Notes: generated by a model from the sequence alone, not told the origin. Shown: positions 48,801-63,100, numbered from the stretch's first letter. The stretch: 64,000 bases of DNA from Amphiscolops sp. MND2022 (GCA_964187785.1 OZ076409.1:89034001-89098000), one strand, 5' to 3'. Numbers and translations are program-made.

Positions 48801-51495
48801 TATCCTACAAACGTGAACAACTTCTCATGCAGATGATCAAGGATTTCGACAAGCTATCTTATTTGCACAGCGTAATTGTTGTTTGGAATTCACCCGGTAA
48901 TGTTTCGCACAATTTAGTGTGGCCTCAAATATCGGCTCCAATCCATGTTAGTTGCAATTGTACATCCAGGTTCAATCAATTGTGCTTCGTTTTGCTCGAG
49001 GCATCACAAAGATCCTGTTTTTAGATTGTCAAGGGACCAAAAAATAGCCTAAACAATCGGTTTCTGCCTTATGAAGAAATCAAAACCGAAGCTGTACTTT
49101 CGTTGGACGATGATGTGTTTTTGACCCACGAAGAAATTCTACTGACATTCAGGTTTGTTTTACTTTTCGCTCATATGCTTTTCCAGAACTTAGATCTGAC
49201 AAATGAACTAGCATTTTGAACATGCGTGTGCTCCTAACCAAATACATTTGTCAGTTTCCTTGAATATTGGGCTTTTTGGTGATGAGATTAATTTTTGAGA
49301 GCCAATCTATGTAATACCTAAATGCTTTTGTTTCCAATAGCTCTGTTTTCTTGGAATTGACGGCTTGTTTGATGTGACATTCTTAAGAAGTGTGTTTTTT
49401 TTCACACTGGAGCATTTGGATTTTAACTTTATTTTTGACACTTTTGCAATGCTTGATTTTGGTTACTGTTTATCTTCTAATGATGGCAAAAGGCCGAGTT
49501 TAAGCTCTAGCTCTTCAAGAACTAGAGTTATGAAATTACTCATTAAGCGATGTATCTGAAAAAATCCTATGCTGTTTTGTGTGTCTTCTGCTCTATCTAC
49601 CTTTTCGTAGTCTTTCTCCATGTTCAAGTGTTGCCTGAAAACGCTTCTGTTGAAGATGGATTTGAATCATTCGTTTCTTCGGACGTTTGTCTCTTTGTGT
49701 TGTTTAGGAATGTTGGGTCCTGGTTCTTGTACTTTTCAGTGATGACAAAAGGCCGAGTTTAAGCTCTAGTCCTCAAAGAACTAGAGCCATGAAATATATG
49801 AATGAGCGATAATTCTGAGTTTGTCTATTATGTTCAAGTTTCAGTCCAATAAGTTCCTTTTCGTGGATCTTTGAATATATTCAAAATGTCTCAGATGGTT
49901 GTCTTTCAGTGCTTCGTTCTTGTTGGTTTGTCGTACAAGATTTGCTCTTAGTTGGTTCGAGGACCCTCAGTTGATTGTACATTTTGGAGTAACCTCTTGG
50001 TAACTCGTTTTCAAACCGGTTTTGCTTGCTTTTTCAGAGTTTGGCGTGAGAATAGAGACCGAATTGTTGGTCTTCCTGGAAGACTGCACTCGTGGGATGC
50101 AGAGAACAAATCCTGGGTCTACAATAATTACTTGTCCTGTGAACTTTCACTCGTCTTGACCGGAGCTGCGTTTGTGCACAAAGTTAGTGAACGTTTAGTC
50201 CATGAAAGTTTGTTTATCTAGGATAGAAGTGTTTTGCATGAGAACGAACATGGTCATAGTTGTTGATTTATTTCTATTTTGACGGCCCTAAAATTGATGC
50301 TAAACGAAATTTCGGAAGCTTTTGAAAAATCAGAGCAATGACTGAAAGAGACAAACTTTGGTGCTTAGAACGTTTAAGTACTTTTACTAATTAGTTGAAG
50401 CAGTTGTAACAACCCAGCTCGTGTAAGCTTTTTTAAATAATCTTGTTTAATTTAAAAAATTTTCTTCAAAATGTGTAGTGTTTCAATTTTTCCAAAATGT
50501 TTGCTTTCAGTATTACTTCTACCTGTACACATATTCGATGCCAGCTGTTATCAGAGACAAAGTGGATGAATATATGAACTGTGAAGACATCGCAATAAAC
50601 TTCCTTGTTGCTCACGTGACAAGAAAACCGCCCATAAAGGTATCCATTTACTATCAAGTTCCATTTACTGATACTTAAATTCACACCAGGGTTTTGACAT
50701 CGCTAATTTTTTCGCTGAATCGCTAATTTCAAAGTGGCGGCTATTTCTCTGTAAAACTTTCTTCGAACTATTAAATGTTTGGCTTCAGCCTTATCAAAAT
50801 TAAATAACTTAATTCCGATTTTACAAGAAAAAGAATTTTTCATACTGTGTGGGCTTCACACGAGTAAAAGTTGGGGGGTTTTTTGAAATTTATTTCGAAA
50901 CTCCGTGTACACTTCAAGGGAATTTGAACAGTTTATATTAGTTGCCGCTAGTTTAATAAAATCGCTGAAAAATTCTGCGCGTTCGCTAAATTGTTAATTA
51001 GCTGTGTCAAAAGGTTCAAACCAACCTCAAATTACTGATAACCTCGATTGAGAAAAAGCAACATCACGATCTTTTTTAAAACTTCAATATCGTAATTTTC
51101 TGTGAGATATTGTGTGTCTTCCCAAGATGAGAAATATTACAAACAAATTGAATATGTCGAAGTTGAAAGGGCCGAACTATTTGTACACACATGTAGACGC
51201 TTTGATTTCGACTCAGTCGAAGGTTGTTTTTTCTAACTTTTCCTTCAACCGAAATTGTATGAAATTACAAATTTTTCAGGCTACCTCAAAGAGAACCTTC
51301 TTTTGTGCACAATGTGGAGACGACTCGCTCTGGATCGACGGAGACCACTACAGAGAGCGCAATGACTGTATTAACTATTTCTCGGTCGTGTACGGATATA
51401 ATCCGCTCATGTCCACGCAATTCAGAGCCGACTCTATCCTGTATCGCAGTGTTTTTGCCGACCCTGAGCTGACCACTTGTTTCGAAAAAGTTTAA
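45845..51495 (+). CDS. EXTL3: Exostosin-like 3 (heparan sulfate GlcNAc transferase, GT47-like plus GT64), about 847 aa, 6 coding exons
   Basis: Exons 45845-47317, 48494-48946, 49025-49152, 50038-50182, 50511-50639 and 51280-51495, all with phase-compatible GT-AG junctions. N-terminal TM plus coiled coil; [55 protein letters not shown]. Confidence 0.93.
49474..49563 (+). ncRNA. Candidate intronic C/D-box guide RNA for U2 snRNA, copy 1
   Basis: C-like ATGATGG 49480-49486, CAAAAGGCCGAG 49487-49498, stem GCTCTAG/CTAGAGT, AAGCGAT 49545-49551, D box CTGA 49556-49559. Confidence 0.65.
49731..49820 (+). ncRNA. Candidate intronic C/D-box guide RNA for U2 snRNA, copy 2
   Basis: C box GTGATGA 49739-49745, CAAAAGGCCGAG 49746-49757, stem GCTCTAG/CTAGAGC, GAGCGAT 49804-49810, D box CTGA 49815-49818. 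Confidence 0.72.
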
Positions 51496-53320
51496 CATTT
51501 CTATCAATTTTCATAAATCTGTCAAGTAGAGTAAATTTACATGCCTTCTTCGTCTGATTGGATATCTTTTGTAAATTTTTATTTTATTTTGTATAGCTCT
51601 TATCTCAGTTTGTTTTTGCATTTTTATAAATTTTCTAATAGAATACTTCACATATTTTTTTCTCATGTATAGCAAAAGTCATGAGAGTTGAAGAGATATA
51701 CAATTTTTAATACAGCGATAGTAATTACCTAAAGCTGCTCTCCAACCCGAAGCCATTCAAGGAGAACGAATTTGTTCAACGTCCAGACCATAAGCTTTGT
51801 CAGGATCTGACACTGTGATCAAAAAGATTTCCGAGGAAATTTATTCTCGTGAACAAGTGAAAATGAGCAGATTGGAACAGAAAAAGAAAATTTTAGCATC
51901 CGATCATGGCTCCTTACGCTTTCAAGCACTTTTGAACACGCCCTGGAATACTTTTGTACAAGCATTTCACCAGAATTCCTGAGACCTTGTTCCACACCGA
52001 GGTAACTTTCCTCCACACTTTCCCAATGAAGTCACTTTTTCAAGCCGCTTCTCTCATTAGCCCGCCTGTTCTGAGTATATTCAGGTCAGGACTATATATT
52101 GACCAATCAACAACACTGTTGTTCTTTGACATTAAAGAAGGGCGCCAAACATGAACTCTGCTATCGCTTGAGTCGCACACGCATTTCATTAGTCACATTC
52201 CTGTGTTTAGTGTTCAAGAATCTATCAATTGAGAAGTTTTCACTGTTGTATTCAACTTATAAACCTACATAAAAGATAAATGTCTGTAATTTTAACCTGT
52301 AAAGTTTTGCTGGTTTTATTATGAATAAGTGTTTTTGAAATGCAGCTCAGTAGTTCAGAAATCTAAGTTTGAATGTCATTTGATCGTGACAGTATTTTAT
52401 TGGGAATAATTTTCAAAATCAATTGCAATAGTTGAGACTGCTGTGTAATCCTACAAGACTCACTGCCGGAAGCTTACTGAACTTCGTAAGTTTTTCTTAA
52501 AGAGAAACCAAACCTTATCTCATGGTCAACGTTTGTTTGGTTACATTTGGTTACACAAAGGCGGACATTTTTTCCAAAACCTTTCTTGAAAAACTTTCTT
52601 CGTAGGCTAAAATGCTTTCAAATGAAATTCTCCTTCAATACGAAACGCCTTGCTGATGCAAAAGTAAATTGAAAAGGCTGAGGGGTTTTTCTAAATCACT
52701 AGTGTCAAAGGTATCACAGTTAGGGTTTTCTATTTTGTCAAAATGACTCCTATGGGTCTTTAGAGCCACTAAGAAATTCAAAACGAAAAACCGACTAGAA
52801 TTAAGGGTAAAAATGTCGATCAAAGCTCAAGTCCCAGAAATTCAGAAACAATTAGGGTCTTCTATAGGTGATAACGACCCACAAACTTCTCTTGAACAAT
52901 GAAATGAGGCGAAATTTCAAAAACTTGTCAATTTTTGATCAAAAAGCTTGTGAAGTGGCAAAAAGTCGAGACTCGACTAGAAATTCTACTTCACATCTGA
53001 TCAAGACTGCCTGCAAGCAAGAAGACGATGACGAGTAGCTGGTAATAGCGTCACTTTTCCTCAACCCATTTCAACTGCTGTCTGAGCCTAACCGACGGAA
53101 TATCCAGCAAAAGCAGAAAAAGTTGATTGTCAAAACCAGAAATTGTACAAATACCGTTACCAATGTACCCTTAGGGTAAAAGAACCCGCTAAAGATCACA
53201 TGCGATGTTTACTCCACACCTTACTGCTTCATTTTTCAGCTGAGTGTTAACTCGTGCCTTTTATCTGGAAGCAGCTGTATTGATATTTGGGCAAATGGTT
53301 TTATTTGGGCTCATTCATCT

Positions 53321-53882
53321 CAACAAGCCGGGACCGGCCCAAGTCGGTGCCATATCTAAGGCTCAAAAATAGCAAAAGGATTTCAAAGTGTCAAAGTATT
53401 GTCTTCTTCAGTACCTGAAAAACCCAAAACGTTGGTCCAAATTGGCGCGTTTTAGGGACCCTTTCGCATTTTCAACATCCATTGTTGCAAAACATCAAAA
53501 AATTGAAGGTGAATCCTTTGGTGAGTTTTTTTTCGAAAAAAAGTCTCACAATGCCGAAAAACAAAAGGGGATCTTTTGGGATTTTTCAAAATCCATTCTG
53601 TCGCAAAACATCAACAAATTGAAGGGAGGATTGATGAGGGAAGAAAAAAAGTCTCACAAAGCCGAAAAAGCTGAAAGGGGGCCCTTTAGTCTCTCCCGGT
53701 ATTGTATGTTACCCGGAAAAAAAGGAAAACCCTTTTTGGTTCAGTTCGCTAGGCCAAATTATTCAATTGGGGATCAGAAAATTTCGTAGAACTTTTAAGA
53801 ACCATTTTGGCCAGTTCGTGTGGATTGAAAAAAAAAGAGTCACTACAATAGTCGCGTTTCTCTTCATGAAGCGCCGACTAAA
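53321..53882 (-). repeat. HINE-like element copy
   Basis: Ends CAACAAGCCGGGACCGGCCCAAGTCGGTGCC and GCGCCGACTAAA. Confidence 0.7.
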
Positions 53883-55025
53883 CATATCAAGAGCTCTAAA
53901 AACTGTTCAACCAGTTTTAAGGACAGCGTTTGTCTCTGGTACAGTGCGGGGGCTCGTAGTAGCAACACGATATTATTGGGATTTGTTGCACTAGGACTTG
54001 TTGTGGAAGGGTATGTGGTTGGTTTTTTCTATTGATCAAAAACTTTTGAGAAAACTGAATTTCGCCAAAACAAAATCGCATTTTCTCTGCTTTTCTCAGC
54101 AAAAAAATCACATTTTCTTCAGCTTTGGAGACATATTCACTTTTCTAATGCTTGGGCCTTTCAAATCAATCAAGGTACCAATGAATTGTTGAAAAAAGCT
54201 GTGCTAGAGAATATGAGTTACTGGCAGAAGGAATCCGAAAGTGAACAATAGGTAGGCTACTTGGTTAGTACCACTAGGTTCATTAGGGTTAATCAAAGTT
54301 ATTAAAACCACGCTTTGTCATCAATTTGAAATAACTGAGAGGAAACATGCTTTTTAAATAATTATTGAAACATGCTGCTATAAGAATTTTTTGAATAGAA
54401 AAATTACGAGCCTAGTATTCTTGAGCACGATGTAACATGACATCTTCCCGTACTTCTTGACAGTATTTGGTGCCCATTTTCGCATACATGTTGATGTTTT
54501 TCGGTCTTTAAAACATGTTGGTATAAAGAAGACAAACAAAACGGGAACGTCTCAAGTCGGCGCACCGCTTAAGGCTCAAAAAGTGCTAACTTTTAAAAAT
54601 ATGATCGCCGATAGTGAAATCTATCAATCATGGGAGTACCAAACAAAAAACAGTTAGATGGAACTAAGATACCTTGAAAAAATGCTTATAGAAATGTGTC
54701 ACCGGTCTTCAAAAACCAAAATTCGGATATAGCGCAATATTTTTGAGTCTAAGCCTTCTCCTTAATAGGACTCAATTTACTTCGGATGTAACGTCAAATT
54801 CGGATATAGCGCAATAATTTTGAACCCCCACATCTTCTTTAGTAAAACGCAATATAATTCGGATATAATGTCGAAAATTGGGATATAGCGCAATAATTTC
54901 GAACTCCCGCCTCCACTTTGGTAAAACTCAATATAATTCGGATGTAAGGTCGAAAATTTGGATATAGCGTGCTGCGTCACGTTGGCCTCAAGAGAGTCTC
55001 GCGGAGAGTGATAAATTGGACCCTT

Positions 55026-56507
55026 AAGTGTGAGATTGTCATCTACAAAAAATGAAACTGTAAGTCGTACGCATTTTCTGCTAAATCGCGCCGACAAAAA
55101 ATCGCGAAGACTTCTGTTAACAAGAAACGATGATGATTTTTTTCAAAAAGAATTATCTTATTGAGCATATAAGGTGTCTTTTTCAAGTGAAATTACCAAA
55201 AAAATTGTCCTTCAGAAATAATCAGAGCCGCATATGCGGTAAAGGAGTCGGCTTAGGTCTTTTTCCTTCTGACTCGCTCCAATCCGAGTCATACGAATTT
55301 ATTGAAATTGCACACATAGACCATACTATGGTGTAGAAAATGACTGTAGAAATTTTCGTTCGAATCCTATGGACAGATTTTGCAAAAATCGAAAAAAGTC
55401 GAAAAATGGTTTTTTGGCCATTTTTGGGTTAATTTTGGCCATGTTTCTCACATCTCAGCCATACGAATTTGATGAAATTGCACATAAAGGACCATATTAT
55501 GGTGTAGAATGACTGTAGAAAATTTCGTTCGAATCGTATGGACAGTTTTTGAGAAAATCGAAAAAAAGCCGAAAAATGGCTGTTTTTGGGCTAATTTTGG
55601 CCATTTTTGGGCTAATTTTGGGTATTTTTCTCACATTCCAGTCATACGATTTTGATGCCTTTGAGCACGCAGGGGCCCCTTTGGGTGTAGAATGACTGTG
55701 CAATGAAAATCGTATGGACAGTTTTTGAGAAATTTGAAATTTTCATGAAAAGGTCGGGAGAAAAAAAGTGTGAGATTGTCATCTACAAAAAATGAAACTG
55801 TAAGTCGTACGCATTTTCTGCTAAATCGCGCCGACAAAAAATCGCGAAGACTTCTGTTAACAAGAAACGATGATGATTTTTTTCAAAAAGAATTATCTTA
55901 TTAAGCATATAAGGTGTCTTTTTCAAGTGAAATTACCAAAAAAATTGTCCTTCAGAAATAATCAGAGCCGCATATGCGGTAAAGGAGTTGGCTTAGGTCT
56001 TTTTCCTTCTGACTCGCTCCAATCCGAGTCATACGAATTTATTGAAATTGCACACATAGACCATACTATGGTGTAGAAAATGACTGTAGAAATTTTCGTT
56101 CGAATCCTATGGACAGATTTTGCAAAAATCGAAAAAAGTCGAAAAATGGTTTTTTGGCCATTTTTGGGTTAATTTTGGCCATGTTTCTCACATCTCAGCC
56201 ATACGAATTTGATGAAATTGCACATAAAGGACCATATTATGGTGTAGAATGACTGTAGAAAATTTCGTTCGAATCGTATGGACAGTTTTTGAGAAAATCG
56301 AAAAAAAGCCGAAAAATGGCTGTTTTTGGGCTAATTTTGGCCATTTTTGGGCTAATTTTGGGTATTTTTCTCACATTCCAGTCATACGATTTTGATGCCT
56401 TTGAGCACGCAGGGGCCCCTTTGGGTGTAGAATGACTGTGCAATGAAAATCGTATGGACAGTTTTTGAGAAATTTGAAATTTTCATGAAAAGGTCGGGAG
56501 AAAAAAA
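55026..56507. repeat. Near-perfect 740-bp tandem duplication within a TTAA-flanked repeat element
   Basis: AAGTGTGAGATTGTCATCTAC at 55026 and 55766, with very few differences between units; TTAA at 55024-55027 and near 56552. Confidence 0.92.
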
Positions 56508-57150
56508 ACGACACGATTGGATAAGTAGTCGAAAATTTTTTCCGACGACTCTTAAAAACGCGGCACTCAGTTACTCAAGTAGCTGTTGCCAATGTAATTC
56601 GTTTTTGTTCAGTGACGACGTCTCCACAAATTTGGCTCACGGAAGCTGATGATTCCAAGAAGTTTTCCATGAAATATCAAAAATTTTTGGAACTTTTCAT
56701 TTGGATGGATCTGTATGAAAGTTACAACTTCCACTGTGTATTATATATTGTCATTTAAATTATTCCCTCGTTATTAGGAAAAATTTTTCACAAGATACGT
56801 GCTGATTTTTAAAAATTCATCAACTTTGGAGCATCTATTCGAATTCGGAGTTTTACGAAGCTGGCTTGCTTCTTTACAATACCGGTTTGAATATAAAACA
56901 CCGCACGCTACACGAGCGTCCACTGCCATCTTTCCTCGCGGTAAAATTGTTACTTTCTCAAAAATAGTTTCAAAATTTGAAAAGCCTTCTCTGTATTTGT
57001 GTAATATTGGTTGATGTATTGCATGGCTTCCAAATTCACCTGGGACAGGTGAAAACGAGAGTGATTAATTATTCAATTTTTCCATACAACTTTAAATTTT
57101 GAGTTGCTCGTCGTTTGGCCCTTGGCCACGCATTCACATTACTGGAACAA

Positions 57151-60100
57151 ATGGAATGCAATATGCGTTTCCATCTACCTGCATATTTGTTCACGTGGAT
57201 AGTTTCGCTTGTGTTCGTTTCACACGTGGGGGCTCAGATTCTGAAATACCCGGGAGACCAATGCTCAACAGGTAGGGGTTATAATACAAATATGACGAAT
57301 GCGTTTAGGCTTTTGGGTGTGCATCTACTGTCTAAAACTAATCAACAGTTACGAAATATTTGGACTATCTGATATTATTAAAAATTATATGAATTGGAAC
57401 GTTATAAAGGACTGCTAGTTCGTTTAAAATAATAATGAATTGAAAAATTATGAAGGACTACTAGTTCGTTTAGTTTTTTCACCATATATTTCAGCGTTTT
57501 TCAAAACTGTGCTTGATCGAGTAGAAAATGAGCCTTTAACAAATGGCGCAGAAAGAATCAGATACTAGCTATATGTAGATACAACAACTCATTAACTTTT
57601 CGCCAAATCCAAGAATGAATTGTTCTCCATGAAAAACAGCAGTTTCTTGTCTCAATGACAAATAGTGTCGTTATGGAATGCGGTGATATTCAATGATTGC
57701 AACCGTACGACAATTTAAAATCACTTCAATAATTGGGAATCGTACGGAATCGCGTTGACTGATTATGGTTCCAAGTATGTAATCTTACGGGAGTTTATTC
57801 AGTTGGATCCTAATACAAAAGATTCTTTCACAATGAATTGAAATGAAGATGCTGAAAGCACATTGAATTCGGCGGAAAATATTGATTGTCTTTTCGCAAA
57901 TGTTCACCTTTTTACACTGTATTTGAAGAAGAGAATCAACTTAAAAAAAGTTATAACTACGGTTTTTAAGTTATAACTACGGTATGGAACTGAGAATTCC
58001 TTTTCAACCCATAGCTTGTTATGAGTACAACGTGTTCTTCTTTGTATGAATTACTTAAAATATGAAAAACGAATGCATTTAGTTCCTGTTTTCCAAGTTT
58101 GCCCATAGAAAATATCAAAAAATGATTCAGTTCATGGATATGTTTTTCAAATGTCTATCGCTATTTTTGGTTACATTTGACTGTATACGTGATCTAATAA
58201 GTGAGAAGATGACTGAGTATAACCCCCCCCCCCCAAAAAAAAACTTGGTTGAGAAGATCATCAAAGTTTTTGACATAGAAAAGCAGCCTTTTAACGATTC
58301 TTCTCTTATCATGTTGTAGAACTAAGAGACAACAACTTGTGTGTGCGGAACTCTGCGTGTGTGCAGACTGGCATCCATGAGCTCAATGGCGACCCCAAGA
58401 TGCAGTGCATGTGTGACGGGGGCCGTATCAAGGACCCCCAGCTCTGGTGCTCTGACTGTGATGACACCAGGTAACTAATTTCTCAGTGATTCGTTTTACT
58501 ACAACGAGTTCTCATTACCCCTCCCTAAAAATAAGAATAAGTCATTCAAAACTTCATGGCTCTACTCCGTCATACAATTTTCTTTTTCTTTAAAGTATCG
58601 TAATATGAATGCCTGAAAATAGAGAGAATACACTTTTGAACCACTTTTTCATTTTGTTTCGAAAAATCGACAAATCATTTTTCCATGTATGAAAACTTTT
58701 ACAGTATGCATTATTCTGACAGATTCGTCAATTAGCCGTGGACAGACCCTGCGATCACATCATTTTGACCTCTGAAGTTAACATTTTCGATTTTTGCCAG
58801 AAACGAACTAATGAACGTTTGCCTGAAACCCTCGTCTTCTAATTCCTGAGCCAGCTGGCTTTTGATTCATACATGTGAACTTTTTAGTCAACGTTCCCAT
58901 ATGGAAAATTCACAGACTAACTGGTTATCGGAAACCATAAGCTTTTCCCCCTTGTATATTCGCACACATCAAAAAAGTTATTTCATGTTCATGATGCCAA
59001 TTGCTCCAAAACGATTCAATTCAGAGTGTCTAGCTTGTTTAAGATGAAAGCTATCAACATTCACTGGGAAAAATGAATGAATACGAACAAACGCTAAAAC
59101 TTTTGTCTTAGCTCCAACTATAATTAAACGTGGTTCATGGGACAGGCAGCTACGATTATCCACAAAAATGGCTCATCGCTAAGGCAGTAGTGTTCCTTCG
59201 AAACTACTTATTTCTGTCCTGTAAAATGTAAATACAAATTTTCCTCGATAATAAGTTCGTCTGTCACAAAGTTCCCCAGTCACAATCTTGTGTCTTCCTC
59301 GGATATTACCGAGTGCTACTTTATGCGGTTATATGTTAAGCGTTTCAGTCCTATGATGTTCATTGTACTTTTTTGGTTTTCCGAACTTTCTTTATTGCAC
59401 GAATAATAAAGCATTTTGTCATTTATTTTGCCGCACTTCGTCAACTATGTTTTCTCTCTCGGTATAATCAAAAGTCGATTTCACCGTGAACTCCCCAATA
59501 ATCGGAAATCGATCAACAAGTGTTTTCTCTACAAATAATTGTTTCGGAGTTTGTTCGAGTCTCTCAAAAAAATTTCACACATTTTGCAAATGCTAAACTC
59601 GCATCCACAGGTGTAATGAACTTCTCAGTGTTTCTCTAATTCAAAGAGGCTAGCAATTGCTCACAACGTGCAAGAGTAAGTGTCGTAACTATGGGAAGCA
59701 TTATCCGGGATCTCGACCAGAGTTTCAATGAATAAAATGAGTTTTTAGTCAATTTTTGCGCTTTTCGCGGTCCAAATCGACTTCGGCGTTCAAGTGTACT
59801 CCCGCGGACCTTAGGTCCACTTTTGCGCTTGAGCGCTCCCAGGCTAACGAAAGTCTGCGGAATGATTTTTCCTCGCATTCAGAGTCTATTGCCCTCAAAA
59901 AAAGAGTATTTAAAGTTTTCCAGCAGTCTTCTAGTATTTTTACACTATTAGAGTTCATCATCGATCTGATTTCCTCTAATTGAATATTAGCTATCTTTCC
60001 GCACTTTGTACAATAGGTCCGCTTGTGAACTTTTTTCCAGAGAGTTGGTTAATGTATCAAAATCTGCTCTTCGCCATTCAAGTTTCTATTTTGATGAGAC

Positions 60101-63100
60101 TCATTGGACTGCAGGTCAATTTCTCTACATCTCTTTTGACAGTTGTTTTCAAACTCATTCGTTCCCGTAGTTTCTTGACATAACATTCGTATCTTCTAAA
60201 TCTGACATTACGCCAATTTCTTTGTTTTTTAGTTGAAAACAATAAAAAGGACATTATCGTTAATAGTGAATTCGGGCTTCGATTTAGATTGGCGTATTTC
60301 ATCTTCCGTCAAATCAAAATAATTAAAGATTCAAAAGTTATCAAATTAAGATAAAAACAGAAGTAGTAACAATAAAGCGAAAGGTTGATACAAGGTAGTA
60401 TTCTTCTATAGTCTCGCAGACTCAGCCTCCTGGTATATATACTCTACAGAGTATGACACTCGAGGTTATGAGTGTCATCTTTATAAAAAGTATTATCGAG
60501 GGAGGATTTTGACCTAATGGTTACAAATATTTTTACGTCTGCACATAATGGGGTCAAACAGCGGCATGCTTTTCACGTCAAATGTTCACTTCACGATATT
60601 TACAATGAATCTATATATTGAAAGATGCGCATAGCAACGCATGCTAATCCAAACAATGTACCTGATTTCTCTGCGGCTAGACGTTGTTCATGATTGGATA
60701 ATAAACAAGAATCCAGCGTCAACTGGATTGCAGCACTGCACCAGCTGAACGCGTTCTAATGCACAGTTGTCTATAGTTATTCCATTAGTTGACATCTTTT
60801 CAACGAATTAACTGCATATTGTACAGCCAGTGCATACATAGTTTGTACATGAAAAGCATAAATTTAAATCATTTTCAAAACAACATAAAACTAGAATGAG
60901 GCTTCTCGTTTCTGATGAGATGGCGGTTTTCAGATGGCTTCTTGTTTTGGCCTTTTCATCTAAAAATTTGAGAATAATTTTGATCATTGCGTAAAGTTTT
61001 TCATTTACGAATTTTCTGGCATTTTCGCACCAGTCAAAGGAAGATTTCGCGGAACGAAAAATTCAAATCTCAGCTTCAAAAACCCAATTTCAGTTTTTTT
61101 TCCAAGTAGGTCGCTTTTGGCTGATACTTGAAAGGTAACTCCTTTTCGATGAACACTTCAGTAAAGTACTAGCGAAAATGGCAGTTAGTATAAAGTGTCT
61201 TTATCAAATCCAAATTATCATCCAAGATAAAATAAAAATTAACGTGCTACATGCCATTGTGCTCAATCACTTAAACTCTTCGGCGGTCCTGTTCACAAAT
61301 CTTAATCAATTAAATTTGAATTCTCGAGAAGAGCAACTATCAAGGGCTGCAAAGTTTTTTTCGGGTGTCTGATTTTTATTAGTCGGCGCTTTTCGTAGAA
61401 AAACGCAGACTATAGTAGTGACTTTTCTTTTTTTAAGACCAACGAAGTGACAGATTTTATAAACTTTATAAGCTGACTTGAACTAACACTAAATGGCACA
61501 CTACTTCTACTGGCACCTGAGATAGGGGTTAATTAGGCCTTTTTGAGGTCCGCTTTTACTTTTCTCGGCACTATGCAACTTCCCGGGGACCAAAAAAAAT
61601 CATTACAAAATTCGGGTTTTTTTCAATTTTTTCATGCGGGTACTGTAGAAGACAATACTTGAAACTTTGAAGTCCTGTTGCTATTTTGAGCCTTAGATAT
61701 GGCGCGGACTTGGGCCGTTCCCGGCTTGCTATTATACCTTGTGTCAATTGAATTCTTCAAACGGAACTTTAATTTCAACATAGCGGAATTTTGATTTCAA
61801 CAAGCAGCCTTCCGGAACTTTAATTTCAACACAGGAAATTCAATTTCGACACGTGAATTTTTTCTTCAACATTTGAAAACTTTAAACTTTAGCTGACAGT
61901 TCAACTGAAATATAATGGCTCCACGTCGAAATTACAACAAGATTCCAGTTATTGACAAAACTCGTTTGCGGGAATCGTTCAACAGAGGAGAAGAATTTCT
62001 ACAACTTGCAAAAATTTTGGGAATTAATCGAACCACCGCTTACTCGATTGTGAATAGAGACCAAGATATGGAAAGGGGTGGAAAGATTTGTTTGTAAATA
62101 TACCAGAAACACAACTTCAGGGTAGAAGTCTGAAATTGTACCGTTTCGAAATGGTGAAGAAGGTAATACACAATAATGCAATGACATTCATTCCAAGTTG
62201 CATCGTGGGGGCAGAAATACTATAAATCAAACTCTTTCTTTCGTTATTTTCTGTTTTTGTATATTTGTCGAAATTGAATTTCCTGTGTTGAAATTAAAGT
62301 TCCGGAATGCCTCTTGTCGAAATCAAAGTTCCGCAGTGTTGAAATCAAAGTTCCGATGTGTTGAAATCAATTGACAAAAGGTATATTCAACTTAAAGTAT
62401 ACATGTCAATTCCTTTTGATATTTCACGGGAGAATGTTTTCCCTGAGTTCAATTAGACTTGACGATTTTGATCTATATGCAAAGAGATCTCTTGGTATAT
62501 GGATCAGAATCGTCCAGTCTAATTAAACTCAGGGAAAACATTCTCGCGTCAAATATCAAAATGAATAGGCATGTCTTCTTTAAATTGATTAATAAAAAAA
62601 ACCCGACACCCGAAAAAAATTTCCTGTAACGATGAATTCTTTCCACAAAAACGAACCGGTAATTATCATAAGAACAATATTCTGAATTATTGCTTCATCG
62701 ATCAAACCACGAACTAATTAATGATTTACCTAATTCGATTAGGCTCTCAAAAACGTTCCTGAGTTTTAAGAAGCGATGTTCCGTACATCTTTCAGAGCAT
62801 TCCACTACAGAACCTCACGATAGAATTCTGTCCTCGGCTTAGAAAGGTTTAGAATATGAAAAACCAGTAAACACAAAAAACATTTAATATTGAAATCACT
62901 CTGAAATTGTGCAGCCTACCAGTTCTAACAAACTGTTTTATCAGGATGCCAGTTTAAATAAAGTGTTGTCTCTTGTTTTCTCATTGGAGCATCAAGGTTA
63001 GAATGTTTTCGCAAGCTCTTGAAATGAGAAATTGCCAAAAATAATTTCATTGGTTTGCTATACATTTTTTTTGTTAATTACTACATTTTTTTTCGTAGGA

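Noticed and set aside
49279..49330. GTGATGA followed by AGAGCCAATC (complementary to a conserved 28S segment)
   Set aside because: No downstream D box or terminal stem; a 10-nt match may be chance.
55130..56649. Duplicated small ORFs
   Set aside because: By-products of the 740-bp tandem repeat.
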